Below are positions 37,114 to 46,343 of a DNA stretch of 56,422 nt, piece by piece. Made by a program: the position numbers and the translations under genes. The notes beneath the pieces are model-generated. The model was not told the origin of the DNA. It saw only the letters and a list, made by a program, of their open reading frames with translations, and did not search any database. Each line of letters starts with the position of its first letter. Within the stretch, counting starts at the first letter, position 1. Source of the stretch: Acidobacteriota bacterium (GTDB taxonomy: Bacteria; Acidobacteriota; UBA6911). The stretch is from positions 1-56,422 of the forward strand of contig JACADW010000080.1 in NCBI GenBank assembly GCA_013388445.1, written 5' to 3'.

Positions 37114-39993
37114 ATGCGAGTGCGCACATCCCTTCCAGGCTGGATCGCCATAGTCGGCGTGCTCATTTTGTTCCCCGACTTGCAGGGTCCTGTGCCGGGA
37201 CCTCGGAACTGGGAGCAGTCGTCGTTAGCAGACTTCGCTCAGGGGCAACTCCCGGACGGGGGTGCCAATGTCTATGTATCTGCTAGAGGACGTGTCGAAC
37301 TCGTCAACCACTGGGACCTGAATCTGGACAGATCGATCGACCTGGTCTTCTGTAATACCCATTCCCACGCGGAGAAGCTGGATGCCGTGATCTATTGGGG
37401 CAATGGCAGAGATTTCGACAGCATGCGTTGTTCATGGCTTCCCAATGATGGGGCACAGAATACGCTAGTTCATGACCTGAATTGCGACGGACTCCTGGAC
37501 TTCGTGTTTCCGCACTATAACAACGGGACATGGGACGGAATGGACTCCTTCGTACGGTACGCCAAGAAATGGATGCGTTTGCCCGCACCGTCCGGGACAT
37601 TATCGGGCGGGACACCGACCCTTGTTTCGGAAACCGTCGGCCTTCCGACTCGCGCGGCTCAGAATGCAGCGTCGGCAGACCTGAATCGGGACGGGCATGC
37701 GGACTTGGTTTTTGCGCTCTCCTCGGGCTTCTGGGAATATCGCGCGGGCGGTGCCGGTAGCAGCGCCTATACTTCCGTTGTCCGGATTTTCTGGGGTTCC
37801 TCGACTGGCTATCAGAATGGGAACCACACGGATCTGGAGGCCCGGGGCGCATCCGATGTAGCGATCCATGATTTGAACCGGGACGATTGGCCGGACTTGG
37901 TGGTCGCCAATCGGGAAGATGATGGCAAGACGGGAGTCAACTCCTTCATTTACTGGGGAGATGCGAGCGGCTTCAGCCGCAAGAGACGGCTTGAGCTGCC
38001 GACATCTCAAGCCAACGCGGTTCTTCTCGCTGACCTGAACGGGGACCACTGGACCGACATCGTTTTCGCGAACGGGCTAGGAGGGCACTCGTTTCTTTAT
38101 CTGAATCGTTCAGGCGTTTTCAGACCCGATCTCCGTTTGGAACTGCCGACCACAGATGCGCGCGATTGCGTCGCTGCGGACTTCAACCAGGACGGTTTTG
38201 TCGATCTCTTCTTTTCCAATCATCAGGAGTCGGGCAATCCTTTCACGCACTCGGTAATCTATTGGGGTTCCCACAACGGGTTTTCACCGGCACATCGGCA
38301 GCCGCTTCAGACCACCGGTGCGTGGGGTGCGGTCGCTGCCGACTTCAACGGCGACGGCTGGATCGACATCGCCGTCTCCAATTTCAGGGAGCACTACTCG
38401 TTTGACGTACCCTCCTACGTCTATTGGAATTCTCCGCAGGGTTTCTCCGACACACGCAGGACGTCGCTCTTTACTCAAGGAGCGGTCGGCGTTACGGCGG
38501 CAGATTTTGACGGCGACGGCTGCCTGGATCTCCTGTTCAATAACACCACCGGGGGATCGCGAGGGAGAGGTTCCGGGTCCGTGTTCGTCTATTGGGGTAG
38601 TGGCCGGCAGCCGTTCTCATCTGATCGGCGCCTGGTGCTCCCCGCACTGGATCCATACGGATGGGCCGCCGGGGACTTGAACCAGGACGGTTGGCCGGAT
38701 CTCGTGGTCGCAAACATGGACGAGGCCGGACGAAAGATTACCGAGAACTTCATCTATTGGGGAAGTCCCTCAGGGTTTTCCATTAAGAACCGTTCGGCTC
38801 TGATGGGCTGGGCAACCTGCGGGGTTACGCTGGCCGACTTGGACCGCAACGGCTATCTGGACGTCGTTTTCACCAATTTCAACAGGGATGCGCAAAACGG
38901 GGTTCTCATCTACTGGGGAGACGCGGCCGGATTCTCCACTGCGGAGCGAACGGGCCTTCCGAACTACGGGTTGGGCAGTCCGACGGTGGCGGACCTCAAC
39001 GGGGACGGCAATCTGGACATCCTGGTTTGTGCACGCGAGCCGGAACAGCTCGCCGCTATCTATTGGGGCGACGGAACCCGCAAGTACTCGATTCGGAATA
39101 AGACCGACGTCCCCGGCAGCTTCGGGGTGACCGGCTCGGAGGTCGCAGACATCAACCGCGACGGCTGCCTAGACCTGATCCTGACACGCAGCAGCTGGCG
39201 CGGGGACCGCAGGAGCGATTCCTTTATCTATTACGGTAACGGGGCCGGTGATTTTTCAGAAACCCGACGTCATATCTTCACGACGGTCGGGACGCAAACC
39301 GTGACCGCGGCCGACATCGACCGAGACGGCTGGCTGGATCTGGTCTGCCCCAATTACAACAACAACCGGAGCCGTGCGACCCAATCCCGAATATTCTTCG
39401 GGCGGGCGGACGGAATCAGCGAGGCTGCCATGATCGAATTGCCCACGAACTCGGGCACAGGGAGCCAGGTGTATGACTACAATAGGGATGGCTACAACGA
39501 TATCCTGCTGACTTGCCACCGTACGGAGGGGGATGCCAATGTGCCCGGAAAATATGGGGAGCACAATACCGTCTCCTTTCTATATTGGGGCGGTCCGGAT
39601 GGGTTCAAGGCCAAGCGCCGTCTCGAGATACCTACACGCGGAGCTCATTATGATTCTGGAGTGGATATCGGGAACATCTATGACCGGTCTCCTCGCTATG
39701 AATTCATCTCTTCACCTTTTCATTATGGCAAAGCAAAGACCGCTGCGGTTACATGGTCCGGAGAGACGCCGGCAGGGTCTGCGATTCGAATTCAAATCCG
39801 GACTTCCTCGAGCAGGGAATCCCTGCCTCGGAGTCCCTGGGTCGGTTCGGGAGGGAAAGGCATGTGCTGTCGGTCCGGTTCGCCTGTTGACCTTCCCGTC
39901 AGTCACAGCTGGATTCAGTACCGGGCGATCCTGGATTGCGCCGACGGGATTGCAAACCCTTCACTCGACAGGGTCACGGTCAAGTTCTGGTGA
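37114..39993 (+). CDS. FG-GAP/VCBS-repeat protein (14 repeats) with signal peptide and a conserved C-terminal beta-rich domain
   Basis: 959 aa. Signal-like WIAIVGVLILF. There are 14 Ca-binding-loop-like D-x-N/D-x-D-G-x-x-D motifs (DLNRDGHADLVF, DFNQDGFVDLFF, DIDRDGWLDLVC, among others). Each is followed about 20 aa later by an (I/V)YWG...GF element. Confidence 0.85.
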   Translation: MRVRTSLPGWIAIVGVLILFPDLQGPVPGPRNWEQSSLADFAQGQLPDGGANVYVSARGRVELVNHWDLNLDRSIDLVFCNTHSHAEKLDAVIYWGNGRDFDSMRCSWLPNDGAQNTLVHDLNCDGLLDFVFPHYNNGTWDGMDSFVRYAKKWMRLPAPSGTLSGGTPTLVSETVGLPTRAAQNAASADLNRDGHADLVFALSSGFWEYRAGGAGSSAYTSVVRIFWGSSTGYQNGNHTDLEARGASDVAIHDLNRDDWPDLVVANREDDGKTGVNSFIYWGDASGFSRKRRLELPTSQANAVLLADLNGDHWTDIVFANGLGGHSFLYLNRSGVFRPDLRLELPTTDARDCVAADFNQDGFVDLFFSNHQESGNPFTHSVIYWGSHNGFSPAHRQPLQTTGAWGAVAADFNGDGWIDIAVSNFREHYSFDVPSYVYWNSPQGFSDTRRTSLFTQGAVGVTAADFDGDGCLDLLFNNTTGGSRGRGSGSVFVYWGSGRQPFSSDRRLVLPALDPYGWAAGDLNQDGWPDLVVANMDEAGRKITENFIYWGSPSGFSIKNRSALMGWATCGVTLADLDRNGYLDVVFTNFNRDAQNGVLIYWGDAAGFSTAERTGLPNYGLGSPTVADLNGDGNLDILVCAREPEQLAAIYWGDGTRKYSIRNKTDVPGSFGVTGSEVADINRDGCLDLILTRSSWRGDRRSDSFIYYGNGAGDFSETRRHIFTTVGTQTVTAADIDRDGWLDLVCPNYNNNRSRATQSRIFFGRADGISEAAMIELPTNSGTGSQVYDYNRDGYNDILLTCHRTEGDANVPGKYGEHNTVSFLYWGGPDGFKAKRRLEIPTRGAHYDSGVDIGNIYDRSPRYEFISSPFHYGKAKTAAVTWSGETPAGSAIRIQIRTSSSRESLPRSPWVGSGGKGMCCRSGSPVDLPVSHSWIQYRAILDCADGIANPSLDRVTVKFW

Positions 39994-40279
39994 GCCGGGT
40001 AGCCCAACGGCGCAGAGCGCGACTTGGGCTGCATTGCCGGCATCTTTGAACGGGCAACAAAGACAAGTGTTGTGCACCGTCTCTCAGGCAGATTCGAGGA
40101 AGAGGGGAGACGAGGCGATGCGCCCTTTGCATGCCCATGTACCGCAACGCAGGCCTGTCCTTGCGCTAAGTGTGCCCGGCGAGGCGGATCGGGGCTGCCG
40201 CAACTGATAGTGCGGTTCGTGCGTCTATGACGCGCGTGGCAGGGCGTCTGACAAAGAGGAAACGGAGGGCCCAACCCGA

Positions 40280-43200
40280 ATGATATGCCGCCTGATGGTT
40301 ACCGTTGCGCTGGGGGCGCTTCCCTTCTTGTCAGGAATGTACACTGCAAAAGGGCGGAAGCCATTTCCGACCGGCGATGAGCAAGGGAACGATCCCAGAC
40401 TTTCCCAATTCCAGGTGATTCATCAAGGATTTGACGACTTTTCGAAGGGAACTCTCAGCGGCGCCGGCGCCAACATCTACGTAAGCCGCCGTGGGAGAAT
40501 CCAACTCGTTCAGAGGCTCGATTTGAACAACGATGGACACATCGATCTACTGATCGCTAACGGGCATGGCCACACAGAAAAGGAGGATCTGTTTATCTAC
40601 CTCAACGGGCACGGAGATTATGATGTCCGCCGCCGTTGGGCATTGCCGGCGGATGGGGCTTCGGACGTTGCGGTCGCAGACTTCAACCATGATGGGAGAA
40701 ACGACATCGTGGTCTCAAACCGCAGCGACGGGGTCACGCGGCGCCTGCAAGCCTTTATCTACTACTCCTCGCCAGATGGGTACCAGGTTCGCGACCGGGT
40801 TGAACTTGACGCTTTTGGGGCCACGGCCGTCTGCGTCGCTGACTTCAATGCCGACGGCTGGCTGGATCTGGCTTTCGCCTGCGAAAACGAAAAGGATGGG
40901 AGGGTTACCTCGACGGTGTACTGGAATTCCGCAGCCGGCTTTCAGCGAAAGCGGCGTCAGGATTTCACCGACCTTCGCCTGCAGGCAATCGTTGCCGTCG
41001 ATTGGGATGGGGATGGTGTTACGGATCTGCTAGGCCTTACCGCCAAAGAAAGAATCATCTTCCGCGGGACGTCCGAGGGTCTTCGGGAAATCGAAAGGCA
41101 CCCCGGAGGGGGTCTGCAGCTCGCGGTAGGAGACTTTGACGGGAACGGCCGGACGGATTGCGCGGTCCTGACGGACGAAGCGATCTGGCTGTATACCGAC
41201 GGCGATTGGGCTCGACCTGTATGCAGTGTGTCCGGGCTCAGACACGCTACGGCTTTCGCAGCGGGCGATCTGGACCATGATGGATATCAGGATCTGGCCA
41301 TAGCCGTCGGCGGCGAGCAGGGCTGTGAGTTCGCTGAATCGATGATCGTCTGGAATGGGCCCGGTGGATTAGACCGTCGGGAGCGCACCCGGTTGCCTAC
41401 CGTGTCTGCCAGTTGCGTGGAGGTTGCGGACCTGGACCTGGACGAATATCCAGAGGTCATTTTCGGGAACCACCACGCGGAGGGGGACCTGTCCATCCCA
41501 TCGTTCGTCTACTGGAATGAACGGGGAGATTTCCATTTGGCTCGCCGCTCCATGCTCCCGACTCGGGGTGTGGTCAAGGTCCGCGCAGCTGATGTGAACG
41601 GCGATGGAGTGCCGGATCTGCTGTTTGCGAACACGGAAGGAGGACGTCGGGCAGGCCTCAACCCGAACTACATCTACTGGGGAGATGGAAGCCGCAACTA
41701 TGGTCCGGAGAGGGCGACCGAGATCCCATCCTATTATTCCACCGGTTCCTTTCAGGCCGACCTGGATGATGACGGCTGGCCGGACATCGGCTTCAACGAG
41801 GGCCGTTTTTCGATATCCAAACCCGATACACTGCACGGGGTTTACCTCTACTGGGGTTCGGCTCGTGGGTTCGACACGGAAGCGCGCACGATCCTCGCCA
41901 TGCAGGAGGCTGAAGGCGGTATTCGCGTGGCGGACCTTGATCGGGACGGTTATCTGGATCTGATCGCTGGAGGCGCTGTGCCGGAGGGCCGATCAGGAGG
42001 GGGGTTTGCGATCTTCTGGGGCGCCGCGTCCGGTTTTTCAACGCGGCGCCGGTCGTTCTTCGATACGGGTACGATGTCCCGGGCACCTCTGGTTGCCGAT
42101 CTGGACGGGGACGGCTTTCTGGACCTGGCTGCCGCTCCTTACGCGGCCACAGGGCTGTTCATTTACTGGGGTTCGGCGGCCGGATACAGTGCCGATGCGA
42201 GGATTTCCAAACTCCTTACGGATCGGGAGGTCAGCCATCCGGAAGCTGCCGACTTGGATCGAGACGGCCTGCTGGACCTGGTCATTCCCACGAGAAGGTT
42301 CCAGGGCAGAACCGAAACGGATACGTACGTTTATTACAGGACATCCGAGGGGTTCACTGAACGACGCCGGATAGCCTTGCCGAGCATGGCGGCCTATGAC
42401 CCAAGCATTGCAGACCTTGATCGTGACAGTTGGCTCGATCTGGTCATCCCAAACTATTCTGGCTCCCAGGCAGGCAAACGATCCCTGCCGGTGTATATCT
42501 ACTGGGGTAATAGAACCGGTTTTGACCGCAGCCGCCGGTCCGAGTTGCCCGCAGATTCCGCGTCTGGAACCATGGTGGCCGATTTTGACGGCGATTCCTG
42601 GCTCGACTTGTTCGTGGCCTGCCATCGTAAGGATGGCTCTCGTGACAAACCCGGCCATCCCCACAACCATCGCGCTTTCTCATTTATCTATTGGAATGGC
42701 CCGGACGGATTTCGGTCGGACAGTAGGACGGCGCTTCCTTCCTCGGGACCCCACGTCCAGCTTGGTGCCGATCCAGGAAGTATCGCGACGCGAGAGTTCT
42801 TCGAGGATTACACATCGCCGGTGTTTCACGCGCCTCGGGATGCAACCGTTCCCTGCCTGATGGACTGGGAATGTGAAACTCCAGCGGGAACCGCGATCGA
42901 GGCTCAATTCCGTTCGGCCGCTACCCGAGAGGAAACGCTTTCGGCTGCGTGGTTGGGACCGGGTGGGCCGGGGACATGGTTCCTGAAAGCCGGTGCCAAC
43001 CTCCGGGAGCTGCGTGGATCCTGGTGCCAATACCGCTTCCGGTTACATTCTCGTGATGGCGCGAGGAGCCCCTACCTCACGAGAGTCAGCCTTCGCTTTG
43101 CAGCTCGCGTCCAATCCGTTTCCTTGCCCGGATTGTCGCTCTTGTCCATTTTCCGATTGCCGCCACGACCGGGTATCATGTGTTACACGAGATGGATCGA

Positions 43201-43318
43201 GAGAGGTTTCAAAGAGCACGGGAAGGATCCCATGATCGGCTCCGGCTTCTCAGGCCTCATTCGCATCCCAGGAACTTTTGGAGACCGCCCATGGGTACAC
43301 CTTTCACGTTGGCGTTAG
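40280..43318 (+). CDS. FG-GAP/VCBS-repeat protein (14 repeats), tandem paralog of 37114..39993
   Basis: 1012 aa. GGAAACGGAGGG lies upstream of the ATG. The N-terminal module matches its neighbour (GANIYVSRRGRIQLV versus GANVYVSARGRVELV). It has 14 D-x-D/N-x-D-G repeats and the same C-terminal domain (ETPAGTAIEAQFR...WCQYRFRL...LTRVSLRF). About 72 further codons beyond the homologous end run into the next gene and may not be genuine. Confidence 0.8.
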   Translation: MICRLMVTVALGALPFLSGMYTAKGRKPFPTGDEQGNDPRLSQFQVIHQGFDDFSKGTLSGAGANIYVSRRGRIQLVQRLDLNNDGHIDLLIANGHGHTEKEDLFIYLNGHGDYDVRRRWALPADGASDVAVADFNHDGRNDIVVSNRSDGVTRRLQAFIYYSSPDGYQVRDRVELDAFGATAVCVADFNADGWLDLAFACENEKDGRVTSTVYWNSAAGFQRKRRQDFTDLRLQAIVAVDWDGDGVTDLLGLTAKERIIFRGTSEGLREIERHPGGGLQLAVGDFDGNGRTDCAVLTDEAIWLYTDGDWARPVCSVSGLRHATAFAAGDLDHDGYQDLAIAVGGEQGCEFAESMIVWNGPGGLDRRERTRLPTVSASCVEVADLDLDEYPEVIFGNHHAEGDLSIPSFVYWNERGDFHLARRSMLPTRGVVKVRAADVNGDGVPDLLFANTEGGRRAGLNPNYIYWGDGSRNYGPERATEIPSYYSTGSFQADLDDDGWPDIGFNEGRFSISKPDTLHGVYLYWGSARGFDTEARTILAMQEAEGGIRVADLDRDGYLDLIAGGAVPEGRSGGGFAIFWGAASGFSTRRRSFFDTGTMSRAPLVADLDGDGFLDLAAAPYAATGLFIYWGSAAGYSADARISKLLTDREVSHPEAADLDRDGLLDLVIPTRRFQGRTETDTYVYYRTSEGFTERRRIALPSMAAYDPSIADLDRDSWLDLVIPNYSGSQAGKRSLPVYIYWGNRTGFDRSRRSELPADSASGTMVADFDGDSWLDLFVACHRKDGSRDKPGHPHNHRAFSFIYWNGPDGFRSDSRTALPSSGPHVQLGADPGSIATREFFEDYTSPVFHAPRDATVPCLMDWECETPAGTAIEAQFRSAATREETLSAAWLGPGGPGTWFLKAGANLRELRGSWCQYRFRLHSRDGARSPYLTRVSLRFAARVQSVSLPGLSLLSIFRLPPRPGIMCYTRWIERGFKEHGKDPMIGSGFSGLIRIPGTFGDRPWVHLSRWR

Positions 43319-45024
43319 CAGGCATTTCGATTGCCGGTCTCACCATGCTTGCCTCCGTCCCGGCGGACGGTCCGAGCCTCTACAACGGCATCCGGCTGCC
43401 GTCCGACTGGCCTCCGAAATCTCCGTCCTGGACTCGCGAGCCGGTCATCCCCCCGTACCTCTATGCGCCTCCTGCGGTCATCCCGATCGATGTCGGCCGG
43501 CAGCTGTTTGTGGACGACTTCCTCATCGAGCACACTGACATGGAGCGAGTTCATCATCGCCCGACCATCTACCCGGACAATCCCGTGCTGAAGCCTGATC
43601 GGGAATGGGAAAAGAAAGGACGAGGCGAGACCGCAATGCCCTTCAGCGACGGCGTTTGGTTTGATCCGACGGATGGATTGTTCAAGCTCTGGTACATGGG
43701 AGGATATACAGAGGCGACCTGCCTTGCATGGTCGAGAGACGGTACCCACTGGGAGAAGCCGGACTTCAAGATAGTGCCGGGCACGAATATCGTCTTGCAG
43801 GAGAAACGCGACTCCAGCAGCGTGGTTCTGGATCATGAAGAGAAAGATCCTGGGCGACGGTGGAAGATGTTCTATACGCATGGCGAGGAATCCCCTTTGT
43901 TCCTGAGGTTTTCCCATGATGGGATTCGTTGGGGGCCCGTCGTGACCCAGAGCGAAGGCGGTCTCGGTGGGCGGCACACGGTTTTCTGGAATCCATTCCT
44001 ACGCGTGTGGGTCTTTTCGCTGCGGGACACTTGGGCATCCCAACCCGGTGCCCGTTTGCCCGTGAGCCGCACCATACGATACATCGACCAGATTGGCGGC
44101 AGTGTTCCCGTAGGCCGCACACGTCGATACTTCGAGCATGCAGATGTGGTTGCGGGTGCGAGCTTCCGCGTCGAGCAAACGGTACGCTGGTTCAGCTCCG
44201 ATCGCCTGGATCCGCAACCGGGGCAGCATCCGGAAGAGCCTGCCTCCCAGATCTACAATCATGATGCGATTGCCTACGAGAGCCTGGTTCTCGGACTCTT
44301 CTCCATCTGGCAAGGAGGCGGCCAGCCCTCCCGGTATCGCAGGCCGAAGAGAAACGAGGTCCTTATCGGGTACAGCAGGGATGGTTTCTACTGGCATCGC
44401 CCGGATCGAACTCCCTTCCTCCCAGTGAGCGAGGATCCCGACAGCTGGCGGAACGGGAATGTTCAGTCGGCGGGAGGCGTTTGCCTGATTGTGGGCGACC
44501 GCCTGCTGTTTTACTTCAGCGGGCGGAAGAGCTTGCCAGAGGTGAACCCAACCCCAAAGGGCGAGGAGGCTGCAGCCACAGGACTGGCGATGCTGCGACG
44601 AGATGGTTTTGTCTCGATGCGTGCGGGTAGCCGCTGGGAGGGCTCACTAACTACGCGTCCACTGCTGTTTCATGGACGCCACCTCTTCGTCAATGTGTCT
44701 GCTGCCTCCGGAGTTTTCAGAGCGCAGGTAGCCGACTGCGATGGCCGCACTCTCGCCCGGTCTCGTCCTCTCTCGGTGGACAGCACGATCGCTAAAGTGC
44801 AGTGGGACGATCTGAAAGACCTCTCCGTTCATGCCGGCAAGCCGGTCCGGTTTCGTTTTTTTCTGAAGCAAGGCGATCTTTATTCATTCTGGGTGAGCCG
44901 GGATGAATCAGGCGCCAGCTCTGGGTATGTCGCAGCTGGCGGACCGGGATTTCCTGGAAATGTGGATACGGTTGGAAAAGGAGCCTATGAAGCGGCTGCC
45001 ACAATCGGCAGGGCTTGGGAATAA
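43291..45024 (+). CDS. secreted beta-propeller glycoside-hydrolase-like protein (family unassigned), paralog of 18549..20165
   Basis: ORF track starts at 43180. ATG 43291 (MGTPFTLALAGISIAGLTMLASVPA, a signal peptide) follows GGAGAC. Shared motifs with the paralog: NPVLKPDREWE, DGLFKLWY, SRDGTHWEKP, GLAMLRRDGFVSM, VRFRFFL..GDLYSFWV. Confidence 0.55.
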   Translation: MGTPFTLALAGISIAGLTMLASVPADGPSLYNGIRLPSDWPPKSPSWTREPVIPPYLYAPPAVIPIDVGRQLFVDDFLIEHTDMERVHHRPTIYPDNPVLKPDREWEKKGRGETAMPFSDGVWFDPTDGLFKLWYMGGYTEATCLAWSRDGTHWEKPDFKIVPGTNIVLQEKRDSSSVVLDHEEKDPGRRWKMFYTHGEESPLFLRFSHDGIRWGPVVTQSEGGLGGRHTVFWNPFLRVWVFSLRDTWASQPGARLPVSRTIRYIDQIGGSVPVGRTRRYFEHADVVAGASFRVEQTVRWFSSDRLDPQPGQHPEEPASQIYNHDAIAYESLVLGLFSIWQGGGQPSRYRRPKRNEVLIGYSRDGFYWHRPDRTPFLPVSEDPDSWRNGNVQSAGGVCLIVGDRLLFYFSGRKSLPEVNPTPKGEEAAATGLAMLRRDGFVSMRAGSRWEGSLTTRPLLFHGRHLFVNVSAASGVFRAQVADCDGRTLARSRPLSVDSTIAKVQWDDLKDLSVHAGKPVRFRFFLKQGDLYSFWVSRDESGASSGYVAAGGPGFPGNVDTVGKGAYEAAATIGRAWE

Positions 45025-45152
45025 AGCTACTGCTCGGAACTCCATGCCTCCGAGGACCCGATGGAGATCTCCCGGGCCATGGAAGCGAAAGGGTTTGGGC
45101 TCTGTTTCTACAGTATGGCTCAAGAAACGCCATGTTTCACTTTCAGCGGCCG

Positions 45153-45950
45153 ATGCGTATGAATGAAGAACCTCCAAAGAACGATCGCTACATTCTCCAA
45201 TCACTGGCTCGCGGAATGGAGCTGTTGCACTGTTTCACGCCCTACAATCCAGATTGGGGGGTGTCTGAACTGTCGCGTCACCTTCGCATGACAAAGAGCG
45301 CCACCCACCGAATCCTGGTCACGCTGCAAAAAAAGGAATTCATCCAGCGGACTCCAGAGCGCAGGTATAGGCTCGGGCCGAGATTGGCATACCTCGCCGG
45401 CGTGTACGGGCGGCATCTGGATATCATCCAACTGGCCCGGCCTGTCCTTCATCAGTTATCGCAGCTGACCGGAAAGACGTGTCACCTGGCAAAACTACAT
45501 GAGGATGAAGTCGTCTATCTTTTCACAGCCCGGCCGCGAGAATCCTATCACTTCACCCGGTATCCGACCCTGCGGGGGCCGGCATATTGCACCGCGCTCG
45601 GAAAAGTCCTGCTCGCGTACCGATCCCCTTCCGAGCAGAGACGCATTCTTCAACGGATTCGACTGGTCAGGCGTACGCCCTACACCATCACGGCCCCCTC
45701 ACGTTTTCGGCTCCACTTGCAGGAAGTCGCGATCCAGGGCTTTGCCGTCGACGACCGGGAGCTTGATATCCGCCTTCGATGCATCGCAGCCCCCATCTAC
45801 AACAGCCAGGGCATGGTTGAAGCGGCGATCAGCCTGACGGGCCACGTCAGCGACCTGGGGAACCGTGTCATTCCGGCTTACGTCCGTCGGGTTCAGGAGG
45901 CAGCCGGCAAAATATCAGAGCAGCTGGGATATGTGAAACCGCATGGGTGA
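45153..45950 (+). CDS. IclR-family transcriptional regulator
   Basis: ORF track starts at 45015. The homologous part begins near ATG 45153/45159 (MRMNEEPPKNDRYILQSLARGMELLHCF...WGVSELSRHLRMTKSATHRIL.TL). The C-terminal IclR effector domain includes GPAYCTALGKVLLAY and CIAAPIY. Confidence 0.9.
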   Translation: MRMNEEPPKNDRYILQSLARGMELLHCFTPYNPDWGVSELSRHLRMTKSATHRILVTLQKKEFIQRTPERRYRLGPRLAYLAGVYGRHLDIIQLARPVLHQLSQLTGKTCHLAKLHEDEVVYLFTARPRESYHFTRYPTLRGPAYCTALGKVLLAYRSPSEQRRILQRIRLVRRTPYTITAPSRFRLHLQEVAIQGFAVDDRELDIRLRCIAAPIYNSQGMVEAAISLTGHVSDLGNRVIPAYVRRVQEAAGKISEQLGYVKPHG

Positions 45951-46343
45951 AGGCTCGTATGTCCGCTGAATCGGGTGCGCTGCCGGTTCCTGAAGTCCCA
46001 GCCGAAAGCGGTGGATAACGATATCAGAGTCCCAAGGAGGTCAGGTTGCCCGCAGCATGCCAATCGGAACCTGCTAAGATCGACAGAATCCAGGAAAGCG
46101 CGAATGTTTTGCTCCCATCCTGCGTACGACTCAGTCGGTTGCTCCGGTAACTTGTCCGCTCCCCGCAAAGCCAATCGACTCCTGTTCCTCATGGTAGAAC
46201 AGAAGGCTGAAAGTATTTGATTCGTCGGCGGCTGTGGTATCTGAGAAGGAGAGAGCAGGCGTACGGGCCCACGGTGCTGGTTGTCAGGGGCTACGCTGGA
46301 AACTGTTTTGTTGGATTTTGAAAAGAAGAGCCAAGGATACACT

